From positions 982-64,981 of the forward strand of contig JBKJRY010000364.1 in the NCBI GenBank assembly GCA_046593045.1: a stretch of DNA of 64,000 nucleotides, written 5' to 3'. Positions 1-9,100 of this stretch are shown here, piece after piece; within the stretch, counting starts at the first letter, position 1; every line of letters begins with the position of its first letter. The stretch is from Chitinophagaceae bacterium. Its GTDB lineage: Bacteria > Bacteroidota > Bacteroidia > Chitinophagales > Chitinophagaceae. Both the position numbers and the translations under genes were made by a program. A model generated the notes under the pieces. It ran no database searches. It was not told the origin of the DNA and saw only the letters and a program-made list of their open reading frames with translations.

Positions 1-1
1 T

Positions 2-2947
2 AAGGGTAATAATCTTGAACTTGAACTGCAGGTCCTCACGAAAATTAAAACATCAAGGAACCTTTCAAGTTACCCCGTGAATGTTTTGTATTCAGAAGTT
101 CAGGATAATGGGCAAACCTACTCGATTATGGGTAATCCCAACCTGGGAGAAATAAAGGGAATTTTAATGGGCGTAAAAAATGAAAAAGTGGAAGGCGCCT
201 GCGGTGAGCTATGGTTCAATGAACTCAGACTATCATCTCTTGATGAAAAAGGAGGATGGGCAGGCCTTGCACGCATTGACGCAAACCTTGCAGACCTTGG
301 AACCATATCTGTTTCAGCGAATACTCATAGCAACGGCTTCGGAACTCTTGAGCAAAGAGTAAATGAAAGATTTAGAGATTATTTCTTTCAGTTCGACGTC
401 GCCGCAAACCTGGAACTTGGCAAACTTTTACCTAAAAACGCAGCTTTATCGATTCCATTCTACGCAAGTATTACACAATCCATCAGTACTCCGGAATATG
501 ATCCGTTTGACCTCGATCTTAATCTGAAGCAAAAGATTAAGACCGCCCCCATAAGCCAACGTGATTCTATTAGAAAACAAGCCGTTGATTTAACTTCAAC
601 CAAAACTGTAAGTTTCACAAATGTTCATAAGAACAGGACAAGTAGTAAAAAGCCGATGCCATGGGATATAGAAAATGTTGACCTGAGCTATTCCTTTACT
701 AAAACAACAGCACGCAATCCGCTTATTGAATATAATGACGTAACTAAACAGCGTGGTGGCATAGGATACAACTATGCGCCTCAGCCAAAGTTTTTTGAAC
801 CCTTCAAAAAGTTATTTAAAAAAACCAAAACGCATTGGTTTGACCTTATCAAGGATTTTAACGTAAACCCTATTCCCTCGCAGCTAACTTTAAAAGCGGA
901 TATTTTCAGGCAATTTGGCGTGATAAAACCGAGAAGTATAGGCGGCGATAAATATGTAATTCCTGAAACCTACGACAAGTATTTTACGTTTGACAGGAGT
1001 TATATTTTCCGTTGGGACATTACGCGTTCATTAAATATTGATTATTCTGCGCTAAACAATGCGAGGATAGATGAGCCTTACGGACGGCTGGACACAAAAG
1101 CAAAAAAAGATACTATAAAAAGAAATTTCTTTGATGGCGGCCGCAATACATTGTTTAGTCAATCTATCAACTTCTCCTATAATGTGCCGCTAAATAAATT
1201 TCCATTAACCGACTGGACAACATTGAGATTGAGGTACTCCGCCAACTACCGATGGATTGGGGCTTCGAGACTTGCGGTAAATCTTGGAAATTTTCTTGAA
1301 AACGGCCAGCAGGAAGAAGCCAATCTCCAGCTTGATTTTATTAAATTATATGGGAAATCCAAGTGGCTAAGAGCGCTCGATCAACCCAGGCAAAAGGCAG
1401 AAAATGATACCAGCCAGAATGCTAAAGGTGACACTTCCAGGTTAAAAGGACAGAATCAAAAGTTGCAACCCAAACCAAAAGATCCTAATGCGTTACCTGA
1501 AATAGGTGGTGTGCTAAGAGTATTTGGGAAATTGCTGACAAGCATAAAATCAGCGAATGTATCACTGTCTCAAAACAGCAATACAAGATTACCCGGCTAT
1601 ACTGACAGTACAAAAATGCTGGGACAAAATTTTAACAGCATGGCCCCCGGCTTTGATTTCATTTTAGGAAAACAGCCAGATAGTGCCTGGCTCAACAGGG
1701 CGGCCGGCCGCGGACTTATTACAAACGATTCTAATTTCAACGATCTATTTGTTCAAAATTTTGATCAGCGGTTGACTATTTCGGCCCAACTAGAGCCGGT
1801 ACGGGACCTGACTATTGACGTAAATGTTGATAAAACTTTTAATAAAAATTATTCAGAGACATTTAAAGACACAACAGGTACGGGTAATAATTTTTCCCAC
1901 CTCACACCTTATGTTGGCGGCGGATTTAATGTAAGTTATATAGCCTTCAGTACATTATTTGAAAAGTACAACCCCAACCAGGTTTCTGCCACGTTCCTTA
2001 AATTCCAGGATTACAGGCAGATATTATCTAAAAGATTAGGTGCCCTGAATCCATATAATAAACTGGCGGGTAGTCCAACGGGCTCTGATGGATATGCAAT
2101 TGGTTATGGCCGTTATGCGGTAGACGTGCTTGTGCCGGCATTCATAGCTGCATACACCGGGCAGGATCCAAACAAAGTTTCGTTGGTAAAACAAAACAAC
2201 TCAAACATAAAAACGAATCCATTCAGAGACGTAATACCTAAACCAAACTGGCGGATCACTTATAATGGATTGAGCAGGATAAAGGGATTAGATAAAATAT
2301 TCACGAATTTCTCCCTTACTCATGCATATAATGCAAGCCTTGGGATGAATAGTTTTACATCGGCTCTATTATATCGTGACATTTCCCGGTTTGGATATCC
2401 ATCTTTCATTGATACGGTTTCTAATAATTACATCCCTTTCTTCCTGGTTCCTAACATAACTATACAGGAGCAGTTCGCACCTTTGGTGGGAATTGATATG
2501 AGTTTTACTAACCAGCTTTCGTTGAAATTTGAATACACCAAACAACGCCAGTTGAGCCTTAGTCTTATAGATTACCAGCTCAGTGAAGTACGCTCAACAG
2601 AATACACTTTTGGAGGAGGCTTCCGTAAGCGGGGACTTAAGCTTCCTTTCAAGGTACCCTTTGCAAAAACTGATACCAAGAAACTCGATAACGAAATTAA
2701 TTTCAGGCTTGATTTTAAAATTAGAGATAACGTAACTTCTAACAGTCGCCTTGATCAAAACAGCGCATTCGCTACGAACGGAAGTAAAGAAATTACCATA
2801 AGCCCTACGGTTGATTATTACATCAGCAACCGTATTAATGTAAAATTATATTTCGACCAGCGACGGGTGAATCCATACATTTCTTCGTCGCCACCTACGG
2901 TTGACACCAGGGCTGGTATGCAGGTGAGGATATCGCTATCACAGTAA
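2..2947 (+). CDS. sprA: T9SS/gliding-motility protein SprA, C-terminal ~980 aa (5' end lies upstream of the window)
   Basis: Frame 2 is open from nt 2, with no stop before the GTG at 77 used by the ORF track, so the gene enters from upstream. The translation contains GELWFNELRLSSLDEKGGWAGLARIDANLADLG and a long beta-rich C-terminus typical of SprA. Assignment is from recalled family similarity. Confidence 0.75.
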   Translation, partial: KGNNLELELQVLTKIKTSRNLSSYPVNVLYSEVQDNGQTYSIMGNPNLGEIKGILMGVKNEKVEGACGELWFNELRLSSLDEKGGWAGLARIDANLADLGTISVSANTHSNGFGTLEQRVNERFRDYFFQFDVAANLELGKLLPKNAALSIPFYASITQSISTPEYDPFDLDLNLKQKIKTAPISQRDSIRKQAVDLTSTKTVSFTNVHKNRTSSKKPMPWDIENVDLSYSFTKTTARNPLIEYNDVTKQRGGIGYNYAPQPKFFEPFKKLFKKTKTHWFDLIKDFNVNPIPSQLTLKADIFRQFGVIKPRSIGGDKYVIPETYDKYFTFDRSYIFRWDITRSLNIDYSALNNARIDEPYGRLDTKAKKDTIKRNFFDGGRNTLFSQSINFSYNVPLNKFPLTDWTTLRLRYSANYRWIGASRLAVNLGNFLENGQQEEANLQLDFIKLYGKSKWLRALDQPRQKAENDTSQNAKGDTSRLKGQNQKLQPKPKDPNALPEIGGVLRVFGKLLTSIKSANVSLSQNSNTRLPGYTDSTKMLGQNFNSMAPGFDFILGKQPDSAWLNRAAGRGLITNDSNFNDLFVQNFDQRLTISAQLEPVRDLTIDVNVDKTFNKNYSETFKDTTGTGNNFSHLTPYVGGGFNVSYIAFSTLFEKYNPNQVSATFLKFQDYRQILSKRLGALNPYNKLAGSPTGSDGYAIGYGRYAVDVLVPAFIAAYTGQDPNKVSLVKQNNSNIKTNPFRDVIPKPNWRITYNGLSRIKGLDKIFTNFSLTHAYNASLGMNSFTSALLYRDISRFGYPSFIDTVSNNYIPFFLVPNITIQEQFAPLVGIDMSFTNQLSLKFEYTKQRQLSLSLIDYQLSEVRSTEYTFGGGFRKRGLKLPFKVPFAKTDTKKLDNEINFRLDFKIRDNVTSNSRLDQNSAFATNGSKEITISPTVDYYISNRINVKLYFDQRRVNPYISSSPPTVDTRAGMQVRISLSQ

Positions 2948-3242
2948 AGCAAATTAGCATGCAGCTTCCGATGCTCGCGTGTAACCTTTTAGTTCACGGT
3001 TTCCATCTCGTCTAAGAAAAAATTAAAAATTCTTCAAAATTATTACAACCGTGTTTATTGTTTTAATGCGTAAAAAGCTACAAATAAAACCAGATAATAC
3101 AATGGGCAAGCTTATTAATTTTATATGAAATTCTTTACTGCAAAGGGTTTAATCTACATTTAAATACAAGCGCCAACAATTTCGGTTAACCAGTTAACAA
3201 AAAAAAATTTTCAATTTTATACAAATTCAAAAGCTAATACCC

Positions 3243-3250
3243 TACCTTTG
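3243..3250 (+). promoter_or_regulatory. Candidate Bacteroidota -7 promoter box (TACCTTTG) for the cys operon
   Basis: Matches the TAnnTTTG consensus and lies 171 nt upstream of the cysH ATG. No clear -33 TTTG was seen. The motif is common by chance in AT-rich DNA. Confidence 0.4.
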
Positions 3251-3277
3251 TTGTAGACAATTGAATTTTACAGCAAG

Positions 3278-3340
3278 ATGAAATCTTTTTTTATAATGAA
3301 GTACATGTGCATTTCCTTTCGGCCTATGGGTTGTTGTTGA
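3278..3340 (+). promoter_or_regulatory. Candidate Met/Cys-rich leader peptide ORF (20 codons) in the cysH 5' leader
   Basis: ATG at 3278 to TGA at 3338-3340 encodes MKSFFIMKYMCISFRPMGCC (4 Met and 3 Cys, ending Cys-Cys-stop). It sits between the -7 box and cysH. Confidence 0.35.
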
Positions 3341-3420
3341 TTGTTTAATCAAGGTTCAATCGTTCCTGCCAAATAATTCATATTAAGTTTCAAATTAATA
3401 ACAACTTCGAAAGATAAAAA

Positions 3421-4140
3421 ATGCATCCGCTTCAAAATCACATCCCCCGTTTACTACATCAGGTAAATGCGTTGAGTATTGAAGAAGTACTTGCTGATCT
3501 GGTAAATCAATTTCCAGGACAGGTTACCTTTTCTACAAGTTTCAGTTATGAAGACCAGCTTGTTTCGCACAAAATTTTGAGCAATACATTTCCAATCAGT
3601 ATTTTTACATTAGATACAGGAAGGTTATTTCCGGAAACATATTCAGTCTGGAATTCAACAAATGAAAACTATCATACCAGGGTGACCGCGTATTTCCCCG
3701 ACCAGTCTTTATTGCAAAATCTTGTCGCAGAAAAAGGCCCTAATTCTTTTTATGAATCCGTAGAGAACAGGAAAGGTTGCTGCTATATCCGCAAGGTTGA
3801 GCCACTTAAAAGAGCACTGAAAGGAAATTCAATCTGGATAACCGGCCTTCGTTCGGAGCATTCAGAAAACCGCAATGACATGTCGCAGGTGGAATGGGAT
3901 CCTGGAAACAATATAATCAAGTATCACCCAATACTTCATTGGACCACGGAGGAAGTGAAACAATACATTAATGAAAATAATATTCCTTACAATCCTCTAC
4001 ACGACAAGGGATTTGTAAGTATTGGCTGCGCCCCGTGTACAAGGGCTGTAAGGCCTGGAGAAAGTTTCAGAGCTGGCAGATGGTGGTGGGAAGACAGCAC
4101 AAAAAAAGAATGCGGTTTACATGTACATGTTGTTGATTAA
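3421..4140 (+). CDS. cysH: Adenylylsulfate (APS)/PAPS reductase, thioredoxin-dependent, Fe-S type
   Basis: 239 aa. Has a Cys pair (KGCCYIRKVEPL) plus CxxC (GCAPCTRAV), characteristic of [4Fe-4S] APS reductases, and a C-terminal ECGLH motif. First gene of the sulfate-assimilation cluster. Confidence 0.9.
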   Translation: MHPLQNHIPRLLHQVNALSIEEVLADLVNQFPGQVTFSTSFSYEDQLVSHKILSNTFPISIFTLDTGRLFPETYSVWNSTNENYHTRVTAYFPDQSLLQNLVAEKGPNSFYESVENRKGCCYIRKVEPLKRALKGNSIWITGLRSEHSENRNDMSQVEWDPGNNIIKYHPILHWTTEEVKQYINENNIPYNPLHDKGFVSIGCAPCTRAVRPGESFRAGRWWWEDSTKKECGLHVHVVD

Positions 4141-4148
4141 AAAAATGA

Positions 4149-5072
4149 ATGATAAGTAAAATGACGAGTAAGTATTATTTAGATTACCTGGGACAGTTAG
4201 AGTCTGAAGCCATTCACATTATGCGTGAAGTGGCTGGACAGTTTGAGCGCCCTGCATTGCTATTTTCCGGCGGTAAAGATTCTATTACACTAGTTCATCT
4301 TGCATTGAAAGCCTTTCGTCCCGGTAAGTTTCCCTTTCCATTAGTACATATTGATACAGGTCATAATTTTCCTGAGGCGTTGGATTTTCGTGATTCCCTT
4401 GTGGATGAAATCGGTGAAAAATTAATAGTAAGAAAAGTTGAAGACACCATCAAAGAAAAAAATCTTACAGAATTAAAAGGAAAATTCAACAGCCGCAATG
4501 CCTTGCAGACCTATACCCTGCTTGATATCATTGACGAATTTAAGTTTGATGTATTAATTGGCGGTGCCAGGAGGGATGAAGAAAAAGCAAGGGCTAAGGA
4601 AAGAATATTTTCAGTAAGGGATGAATTTGGACAATGGAACCCAAAATTGCAGAGGCCTGAATTATGGAACACTTATAACGGCAAAATTCATAAAGGCGAA
4701 AACGTCCGGGCTTTCCCGATCAGCAATTGGACAGAACTTGATATATGGAATTACATAAGAAGGGAAAAAATTGATTTGCCATCCATCTATTTCGCACATG
4801 AAAGAGACGTGATTGAGCATGAAGGCCAATTAGTAGCGGTCTCAGAACACCTGCTATTGGATGAAACAGATGTGGTATCAAAAAGAAGAGTACGGTATAG
4901 AACAGTTGGTGATATGACGTGCACCGCTGCAGTTGAATCTAACGCGACACACATAGACGATATAATAAACGAAATAATTGCAACCAAAACCAGCGAACGC
5001 GGTGAAACAAGAATTGATGACAGGGTTTCGGAAGCTGCAATGGAAGACAGGAAGAAGGGCGGATATTTTTAA
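4149..5072 (+). CDS. cysD: Sulfate adenylyltransferase subunit 2
   Basis: 307 aa. Contains LESEAIHIMREVAGQFERPALLFSGGKDS (PP-loop SGGKDS) and ends RKKGGYF, as in CysD. An alternative start is the ATG at 4161. Confidence 0.92.
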   Translation: MISKMTSKYYLDYLGQLESEAIHIMREVAGQFERPALLFSGGKDSITLVHLALKAFRPGKFPFPLVHIDTGHNFPEALDFRDSLVDEIGEKLIVRKVEDTIKEKNLTELKGKFNSRNALQTYTLLDIIDEFKFDVLIGGARRDEEKARAKERIFSVRDEFGQWNPKLQRPELWNTYNGKIHKGENVRAFPISNWTELDIWNYIRREKIDLPSIYFAHERDVIEHEGQLVAVSEHLLLDETDVVSKRRVRYRTVGDMTCTAAVESNATHIDDIINEIIATKTSERGETRIDDRVSEAAMEDRKKGGYF

Positions 5073-5201
5073 ATCCCCTACCGCTGAGGCTTCGAAGAGG
5101 GACCGGGATTGCAGTTCAAAATAGTTTTTTTAACCTTCAGTATGAACGATGTGAATACTGATACAAACTAAGTTCTTCGCCATTGGCGGAGACAGGGACT
5201 T

Positions 5202-6443
5202 ATGGACATTTTAAGATTTATTACTGCGGGAAGTGTTGATGATGGCAAAAGTACGCTGATAGGCCGCTTGCTATACGACAGTAAATCTATTTTAATAGAC
5301 CAACTGGCAGCTATTGAAAAACAAAGTAAGAACAAACAAAACGGCGAGATTGATCTTGCTTTATTGACAGACGGGCTTCGTGCAGAGCGTGAGCAAGGTA
5401 TCACGATTGATGTTGCTTACAAATATTTTTCTACTCCAAAACGCAAGTTCATAATCGCTGATGCACCAGGCCATATTCAGTACACACGCAATATGGTTAC
5501 CGGCGCTTCTAATTCTGAGCTTGCAATAATCTTAGTGGATGCAAGAAATGGTGTAGTAGAGCAGACCCGTCGCCATTCTATTATTGCTTCTTTATTAAAT
5601 ATTCCACATGTAGTTGTGGCAATAAATAAAATGGACCTTGTCGATCATTCCCAGGATGTATATAATAATATTGTAATTGACTATGTAAAGGTTGCTGAAT
5701 CACTTGGCCTGAAAGATGTAAAGTATATTCCTATCAGCGCATTGAATGGTGATAACATTGTGGAAAAATCTGAAAAATTCCCGTGGTATGAAGGCGAATC
5801 GTTACTACATCTTTTAGAAAATGTTGAATTAAGATCCGATATAAATCTTACTGATGCAAGATTCCCGGTTCAGTTCGTTATTCGTCCGCAGGCTGCTGAC
5901 CTGCACGATTACAGGGGATATGCGGGAAAAATACTCAGTGGAATATACCGTAAGGGTGATAAAATAATTGTGCAACCTTCAGGGGTTGAAAGCACTATCA
6001 AAGCAATAGAAGTGGGGGGTAAGGAAATAGAAGAAGCCTTCGCTCCCCAAAGTGTAGTGATGCATCTTGAAGATAATGTGGATGTGAGCCGGGGAGACAT
6101 GATTGTGCATCGGGATAACCAACCTAATACTGAGCAGCAATTTGATGTACTCCTTTGCTGGATGGGTAATAAACCGTTATTGCCAGGTAACAAATATTTC
6201 CTGCAGATTAATAGCCAGGTAGTAAGAAGTATAGTAAAAGAAATAGAATACAAACTGGATGTGAATACTTTGCAGAAAGATTATTCAACCGAAAAGGCAG
6301 AATTAAATGACATAGTAAGGGCAACAATCAAAACAGCTTCGCCCATCACTTTCGATTCATATAAAAAGCTAAGAGAAAATGGTGGAGCGATACTTATTGA
6401 TGAAACCAGTTGCGTAACGGTGGGAGCCTGTATGATTCAATAG
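5202..6443 (+). CDS. cysN: Sulfate adenylyltransferase subunit 1 (GTPase), without a fused APS-kinase domain
   Basis: 413 aa. G1 motif GSVDDGKST, DAPGH and NKMD GTPase motifs. The length is too short for a CysNC fusion. Confidence 0.92.
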   Translation: MDILRFITAGSVDDGKSTLIGRLLYDSKSILIDQLAAIEKQSKNKQNGEIDLALLTDGLRAEREQGITIDVAYKYFSTPKRKFIIADAPGHIQYTRNMVTGASNSELAIILVDARNGVVEQTRRHSIIASLLNIPHVVVAINKMDLVDHSQDVYNNIVIDYVKVAESLGLKDVKYIPISALNGDNIVEKSEKFPWYEGESLLHLLENVELRSDINLTDARFPVQFVIRPQAADLHDYRGYAGKILSGIYRKGDKIIVQPSGVESTIKAIEVGGKEIEEAFAPQSVVMHLEDNVDVSRGDMIVHRDNQPNTEQQFDVLLCWMGNKPLLPGNKYFLQINSQVVRSIVKEIEYKLDVNTLQKDYSTEKAELNDIVRATIKTASPITFDSYKKLRENGGAILIDETSCVTVGACMIQ

Positions 6444-6491
6444 CAAATAAATTTTTTTGAACATGTACCCTACTAAATAAGTAGACTTCTA

Positions 6492-7340
6492 ATGAAACAA
6501 CAATTAAAAAATGGTAAATTAATTATTGCAGGAGCGGGTCCGGGAGATCCTGATTTGCTTACTGTCAAAGTCGTCAGGTACCTGCAGGAAGCAGATATTA
6601 TTTTAACGGATCGTCTCGTAAGTAACAAGATTCTCACGCAGTATGCCCATCCTGATGCCGAGATCATCTATGTTGGCAAACAATGCAGGCGCGGTGTTTC
6701 GACTCCACAGCAAACGATCAACGATCTTATCGTTCACTATTGCAAACTTGGGAAACTCGTTGTAAGATTAAAGGGCGGAGACGTCTCCATATTTTCCAAT
6801 ATCTTGGATGAACTGGAAACAGTAGTTGCCAACAATATTCGTTATGAGATTATTCCTGGTATTACCGCGGCATTGGGTGCTGCAGCATATGCAGGCATAC
6901 CACTTACTGCAAGAGGATATGCAACATCAGTTCGGTTTCTCACCTGTTATAAGTCTGATGTAGTTACAGATGCCTATTGGAAAGAATTAGCACAGACAGA
7001 AGATACCCTAGTTTTCTATATGTCATCTGAAACCCTTGATACCTTGGTTGAGAAACTAACTTCTAACAATATACATGAAGATAAATTGTTGGCTATAATA
7101 GAACAGGCAACAACTCCGTTTCAAAATATACATATCGCCAATTTATACGATTATCGTAAAAAAATTAAGGAGCAATCATTCGTTTCTCCTTCGCTGGTAA
7201 TTATTGGAAAAGTTGTTGCACTTCACAAGCAGTTTGCATGGCTTACTAATAGCTGCAGTCAAGAATATTATTTTAAGCCAATGACCAGTCAAATAATCAA
7301 CATACATAATCCGGAAAAATTAAAGACAAATGTTAGCTGA
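6492..7340 (+). CDS. cobA: Uroporphyrinogen-III C-methyltransferase (SUMT; siroheme branch)
   Basis: 282 aa. Has the N-terminal GAGPGDPDLLTVK motif of tetrapyrrole methylases and sits inside the cys cluster. Confidence 0.85.
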   Translation: MKQQLKNGKLIIAGAGPGDPDLLTVKVVRYLQEADIILTDRLVSNKILTQYAHPDAEIIYVGKQCRRGVSTPQQTINDLIVHYCKLGKLVVRLKGGDVSIFSNILDELETVVANNIRYEIIPGITAALGAAAYAGIPLTARGYATSVRFLTCYKSDVVTDAYWKELAQTEDTLVFYMSSETLDTLVEKLTSNNIHEDKLLAIIEQATTPFQNIHIANLYDYRKKIKEQSFVSPSLVIIGKVVALHKQFAWLTNSCSQEYYFKPMTSQIINIHNPEKLKTNVS

Positions 7341-9021
7341 TAATAAATTAAAAACGTTATTAGATCTGATAGAAAAATCAAACTCTGAAGAATTGATTTG
7401 GATGAATGGCTATTTGAATGGCGTTGTATCAAAGAAAGTTTCAAATGAAATCGAGGTTGCAAAGAACGGTATAAATAAAATTACCATTGCATACGGAACT
7501 GAAACAGGCAACTCCAAAAAGCTCGCAACAGAGTTCGCCGCGAAAGCCAAGAAAAAAGGTATTCATGCCAAAGTGCAAAGCATGGATCAATACCGCATGA
7601 ATGACCTTACAAAAGAAGAATATTTTTTAGCAGTGATCAGCACTCACGGTGATGGTGAGCCGCCTGCAGCAGCAAAAAAATTCTACGATCACGTTCATCA
7701 AAATGGATTTAAACTTGAGAAATTAAAATATAGTGTTCTTGCATTGGGCGATACATCTTATCCTCTCTTTTGCAAGGCTGGCGAAGATGTTGATGAACAA
7801 TTAACCAAACTTGGCGGAAAACGTTTTTTCCCGATACAAAAATGCGACGTAGATTATAACGAGGAAGCCGATCTGTGGTTCGATGAAGTCTGCAAAGCAC
7901 TTGACGGGAATAATGAAGAGCCCTCTCTTACGGCGCCAAAAATTATAAGTAAAAAATCTTCAGGCAAGAGAATTTATAATGGAAAACTTTTAACGCGTAT
8001 AAATTTAAATGACAGGGGAAGTAATAAAGAAACTTATCATATAGAGATTGAAGCAGAAGAATTAGTCTACCAGCCTGGCGACTCCATTGGTATTATTCCT
8101 GAGAATAACAAAGCATTGGTTGAAAAGATCATAGCTATAACAGGAATCGATTATACAACTAATATTGATTATAAAGATGAACTGTTCTCAATTTATAATC
8201 TTTTACAAAAGAAATTAAATATTATTTACCTGCCGGAACGGGTGATAAAACAATATGCAGCCATTGTAGAGCAGGATGTAGTTATACAAAGAACGGACCT
8301 GCTGGACTTGCTGAAAATTTATCCGGTAAAAAATGCGGATCAATTCACAGAAGTTGTAAAAATATTGGAACCGACTGCACCAAGATTGTATTCCATAGCA
8401 TCTTCTCCTGAAGCACACTCCGGCGAAATACACATTACGGTTGCTAAAGATTCCTTCAAAGTAAATGATACCATTAAATATGGCCTGGCTTCTGATTTCT
8501 TAGCACATTTCAATGATGAGAATGAATTGCAGTTTTATATTCATCCTAACAACCAGTTTCGTTTGCCTGAAGAAGACAAGAACATAATTATGATTGGACC
8601 CGGAACCGGTATTGCACCATTCCGTTCCTTCATCGCTGAAAGAGATGCCACCGGAGCGTCTGGGAAGAACTGGCTATTCTTTGGCGAGCAACATTTTGTT
8701 TCAGATTTCCTCTATCAAAGTGAAATACAAAACTGGTTCGATACTAATGTACTAACAAAGGTTAGCACTGCTTTTTCAAGAGATCAACATGAAAAAGTTT
8801 ATGTACAACACAAAATGATGCAACATGGAAATGAACTTTTTGAATGGATTCATACCGGAGGTTATTTATACCTGTGCGGTACGAAAGATCCGATGAGTAT
8901 AGATGTTGAGCAAACATTATTACAGATTATTGAGCAGTTTGGAGAAAGATCCAAAGTGGACGCAGAAAAATACCTGGATAATCTAAAGGAAGAAGGCCGG
9001 TATATTAAGGATGTGTACTAA
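7330..9021 (+). CDS. cysJ: Sulfite reductase [NADPH] flavoprotein alpha-component-like (flavodoxin + FAD/NADPH domains)
   Basis: 563 aa. Flavodoxin-like block ITIAYGTETGNSKKLA, FAD site RLYSIASS, NADPH site MIGPGTGIAPFRSF, and a C-terminal YIKDVY. Overlaps cobA by 11 nt. Confidence 0.88.
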   Translation: MLADNKLKTLLDLIEKSNSEELIWMNGYLNGVVSKKVSNEIEVAKNGINKITIAYGTETGNSKKLATEFAAKAKKKGIHAKVQSMDQYRMNDLTKEEYFLAVISTHGDGEPPAAAKKFYDHVHQNGFKLEKLKYSVLALGDTSYPLFCKAGEDVDEQLTKLGGKRFFPIQKCDVDYNEEADLWFDEVCKALDGNNEEPSLTAPKIISKKSSGKRIYNGKLLTRINLNDRGSNKETYHIEIEAEELVYQPGDSIGIIPENNKALVEKIIAITGIDYTTNIDYKDELFSIYNLLQKKLNIIYLPERVIKQYAAIVEQDVVIQRTDLLDLLKIYPVKNADQFTEVVKILEPTAPRLYSIASSPEAHSGEIHITVAKDSFKVNDTIKYGLASDFLAHFNDENELQFYIHPNNQFRLPEEDKNIIMIGPGTGIAPFRSFIAERDATGASGKNWLFFGEQHFVSDFLYQSEIQNWFDTNVLTKVSTAFSRDQHEKVYVQHKMMQHGNELFEWIHTGGYLYLCGTKDPMSIDVEQTLLQIIEQFGERSKVDAEKYLDNLKEEGRYIKDVY

Positions 9022-9100
9022 CCCCCAATCCTTTGTCCAAAGGACTCTAATGGAGAGGGAGCTTTTAGGTCTAAATTAACTACAAAGTTTAAAAAGAAAA

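Noticed and set aside
5073-5201. Locally GC-richer intergenic stretches with partial palindromes: AATCCC...GGGATT between cysD and cysN, and CCTTTGTCCAAAGG at about 9029-9042 after cysJ. I considered them as possible REP-like repeats.
   Set aside because: The two stretches do not align convincingly with each other and the stems are short. They are probably ordinary inter-cistronic structure.
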